Positions 62,309-64,000 of a DNA stretch of 64,000 bases are shown here, one piece after another. The first letter of the stretch is position 1. Every line of letters begins with the position of its first letter. Origin of the DNA: an uncultured Acidimicrobiales bacterium (GTDB lineage Bacteria; Actinomycetota; Acidimicrobiia; Acidimicrobiales; Ilumatobacteraceae); NCBI GenBank assembly GCA_963738325.1, contig CAVTWD010000015.1, forward strand, positions 30,767 through 94,766, given 5' to 3'. A model generated the notes under the pieces. The model saw nothing but the letters and a program-made list of their open reading frames with translations, did no database searches and was not told the origin of the DNA. The translations under genes were made by a program, and so were the position numbers.

Positions 62309-62983
62309 TCAACGTCCGACGTAGTGCGCACGCGGGCGGAAGCGGCCCGGAGCCTCGCCGCACCCCTCGAGCGCGTGGGCGATCCATCCGGCCGTACGAG
62401 CGATGGTGAAGATGGCCTCACCCGCATCCTCGGGCATGGCCGCGGCGAAGCCGAGCACCGCCAGGGCGAAGTCGATGTTCGGTTGGATGGGCGCTCGCCG
62501 ACGGCGCGGGGGTCGCCATCCCGGTAGAGCGGGTGGCCGAATCCCGGGTAGGCGCCGTGCAGGCGCAACGGAGATGGTGCCTCGAAGCGCCTCGCCGCCG
62601 GCCGGCAGGACGAGCCGGGGCGTGCGGCCGTCACCAGGGGGCGCCAACCCGTCCACCATCGTCGAGATGAGTGCCCGGGCACACGCGATGACCGCGAGCG
62701 GGCGCAGATCCGAGCGCGACGGATCGTCGGCGGCGGCGACATCCACCAGCAGGCGGAGGCGATCGAGAAGATGCATCGCGTTAGGGGTGCGGTGAGAGCT
62801 GCCTTCCCACGGGCCGGCACGAGCGGGCAGCACTCCGCCCCAGAGCAGCTCGGCGACCTGCTCGAAGGTGGCGCGGCGAGCCAGACCCGTGGCGTCGTGG
62901 CCCCGGTAGCGTAGAGCGTGGCCGTCGATCGATACCGCCCCTGCAGCGAGGTAAGCCCGTCGTGGGGGGCCGGCCAACGACAT
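62309..62983 (-). pseudogene. short citrate-synthase-family paralog, internally frameshifted and lacking the central region
   Basis: ...LRYRGHD...FEQVAELLWGG..., then (other frame) LHGAYPGFGHPLYRDGDPRA, then PNIDFALAVLGFAAAMPEDAGEAIFTIARTAGWIAHALE. Confidence 0.5.
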
Positions 62984-63037
62984 CCGGTCCGGGCGGGCTC
63001 CACCACGGAGGCGGGAGAGCCGGGTAGCGTCGCCGCC

Positions 63038-64000
63038 GTGGTTTCGCCGCGCCGACCCCCTGCGCGGCTGGGTCGGGGCACGCTCACCGCGGCCGTGTTG
63101 GTCCTCGTCGCGGCCCTCACGAGCTGCACCTCCGCCGCCAGCCAGGCCGAGACGCGACGAGCGGCCGCCGGAGCCATCACGACCGGCCGCTACGTGCCCG
63201 TGGTGCCGACGCGCGTGGCTGACACCCGCCGCGCCTTTGGGACGTCGCCCGCGGGACGGCTGCGCGCCAACGTGGCAGTGACGCTGGCGGTCACCGGGCG
63301 TCGCGAGGTGCAGGTGCCCTCGTCGGTCACGGCCGTCGTGCTGGGGGTCGTGTCCGTGGGCGCGTCGGCGCCGTCGTACGTCACCGTGTGGCCGGCAGGC
63401 GCGCCACGCCCCAACGCCTCCAATCTCAACGTCGTCAGCCCCGGTCAGGCGGTGGCCGATCTGGTGACCTCGCGGCTCTCGACCTCGGGACAGCTGTCGC
63501 TGCTGAGCAGCGCGCCGGCCGACCTGGTCGTCGACCTCTACGGCTACTACGAGCCGGCGAGCGGCGCGGTGACGGCCGGGCGCACGGTCGCCATCACACC
63601 GACGCGTGCCTACGACTCGCGCAGCACGGGCGGCGCGCTCGGAGCCGGGCAGACCCGGGTCATCCCGCTTCCGGCCTCGGCCGTGCCGGCGGGCTCCAGC
63701 GCCGCGGTGCTCAACCTCACCGTCACCCAAACGAGGGCGCCGGGGTTCTGGACGATCTTCCCCACCGCGAGCCGAGGCGGCCCCGTGCCGACGACCTCGA
63801 ACCTGAACGTGGCGGGTCCGGGGCGCACCGTCGCCGTCCAGGCGATCGTGCCGGTCGGTGCCGACCGCACGGTGAAGGTCTTCAGCTCCGGTGGGGGCCA
63901 CGCGATCGTCGACGTCTTCGCGTACATCACGGGCGCGACCACACCGGCCTCCACCGCCGGCCTGTTCGTCCCGCTCGCCGCCCCCGTCCGCTTCGCCGAT
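63038..64000 (+). CDS. secreted lipoprotein with repeated RV.DTR / NL(N)V.PG modules (partial, runs off the window end)
   Basis: GTG start, signal peptide with lipobox LTSC. Repeats such as RVADTR...SNLNVVSPGQ... and ...RAYDSR...SNLNVAGPGR... are typical of actinobacterial cell-surface repeat proteins. No stop before 64000. Confidence 0.5.
   Translation, partial: MVSPRRPPARLGRGTLTAAVLVLVAALTSCTSAASQAETRRAAAGAITTGRYVPVVPTRVADTRRAFGTSPAGRLRANVAVTLAVTGRREVQVPSSVTAVVLGVVSVGASAPSYVTVWPAGAPRPNASNLNVVSPGQAVADLVTSRLSTSGQLSLLSSAPADLVVDLYGYYEPASGAVTAGRTVAITPTRAYDSRSTGGALGAGQTRVIPLPASAVPAGSSAAVLNLTVTQTRAPGFWTIFPTASRGGPVPTTSNLNVAGPGRTVAVQAIVPVGADRTVKVFSSGGGHAIVDVFAYITGATTPASTAGLFVPLAAPVRFAD

Overview
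High-GC (about 70%) actinobacterial-type chromosomal window with GTG/TTG starts and frequent 4-nt stop/start overlaps. Most of it is core metabolism. There is a TCA/nitrogen block: citrate synthase, a mitochondrial-type aconitase, NADP-isocitrate dehydrogenase, and glutamate synthase gltB/gltD. There are also alanine dehydrogenase with an Lrp/AsnC regulator, an aldehyde dehydrogenase, many oxidoreductases, two TetR-controlled modules, an acyl-CoA dehydrogenase, queF, a P450 and a LigD polymerase domain. Four things stand out. First, a family-1 encapsulin operon: a ferritin-like cargo carrying a C-terminal targeting peptide, followed by an HK97-fold shell gene, next to a GntR regulator. Second, a translationally coupled MFS / alpha-beta hydrolase / membrane-anchored MurF-like ligase / second Ddl operon lying outside any division-cell-wall cluster, with an IS5-family element inserted exactly at its 3' end. 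Third, a 105-bp in-frame tandem duplication that creates a coupled upstream ORF in front of a LarA-like (DUF2088) gene. Fourth, an unusually high density of frame disruptions, at least 25 frame breaks across 15 genes, concentrated at 33.3-38.9 kb. This points either to indel-rich low-quality sequence or to a decaying locus, so many CDS are reported as frameshifted or pseudogene-like. One tRNA-Val lies at the window start. No rRNA, CRISPR array or prophage was seen. Coordinates read off the raw sequence lines may be off by 1-2 nt; those derived from ORF-track arithmetic are firmer.
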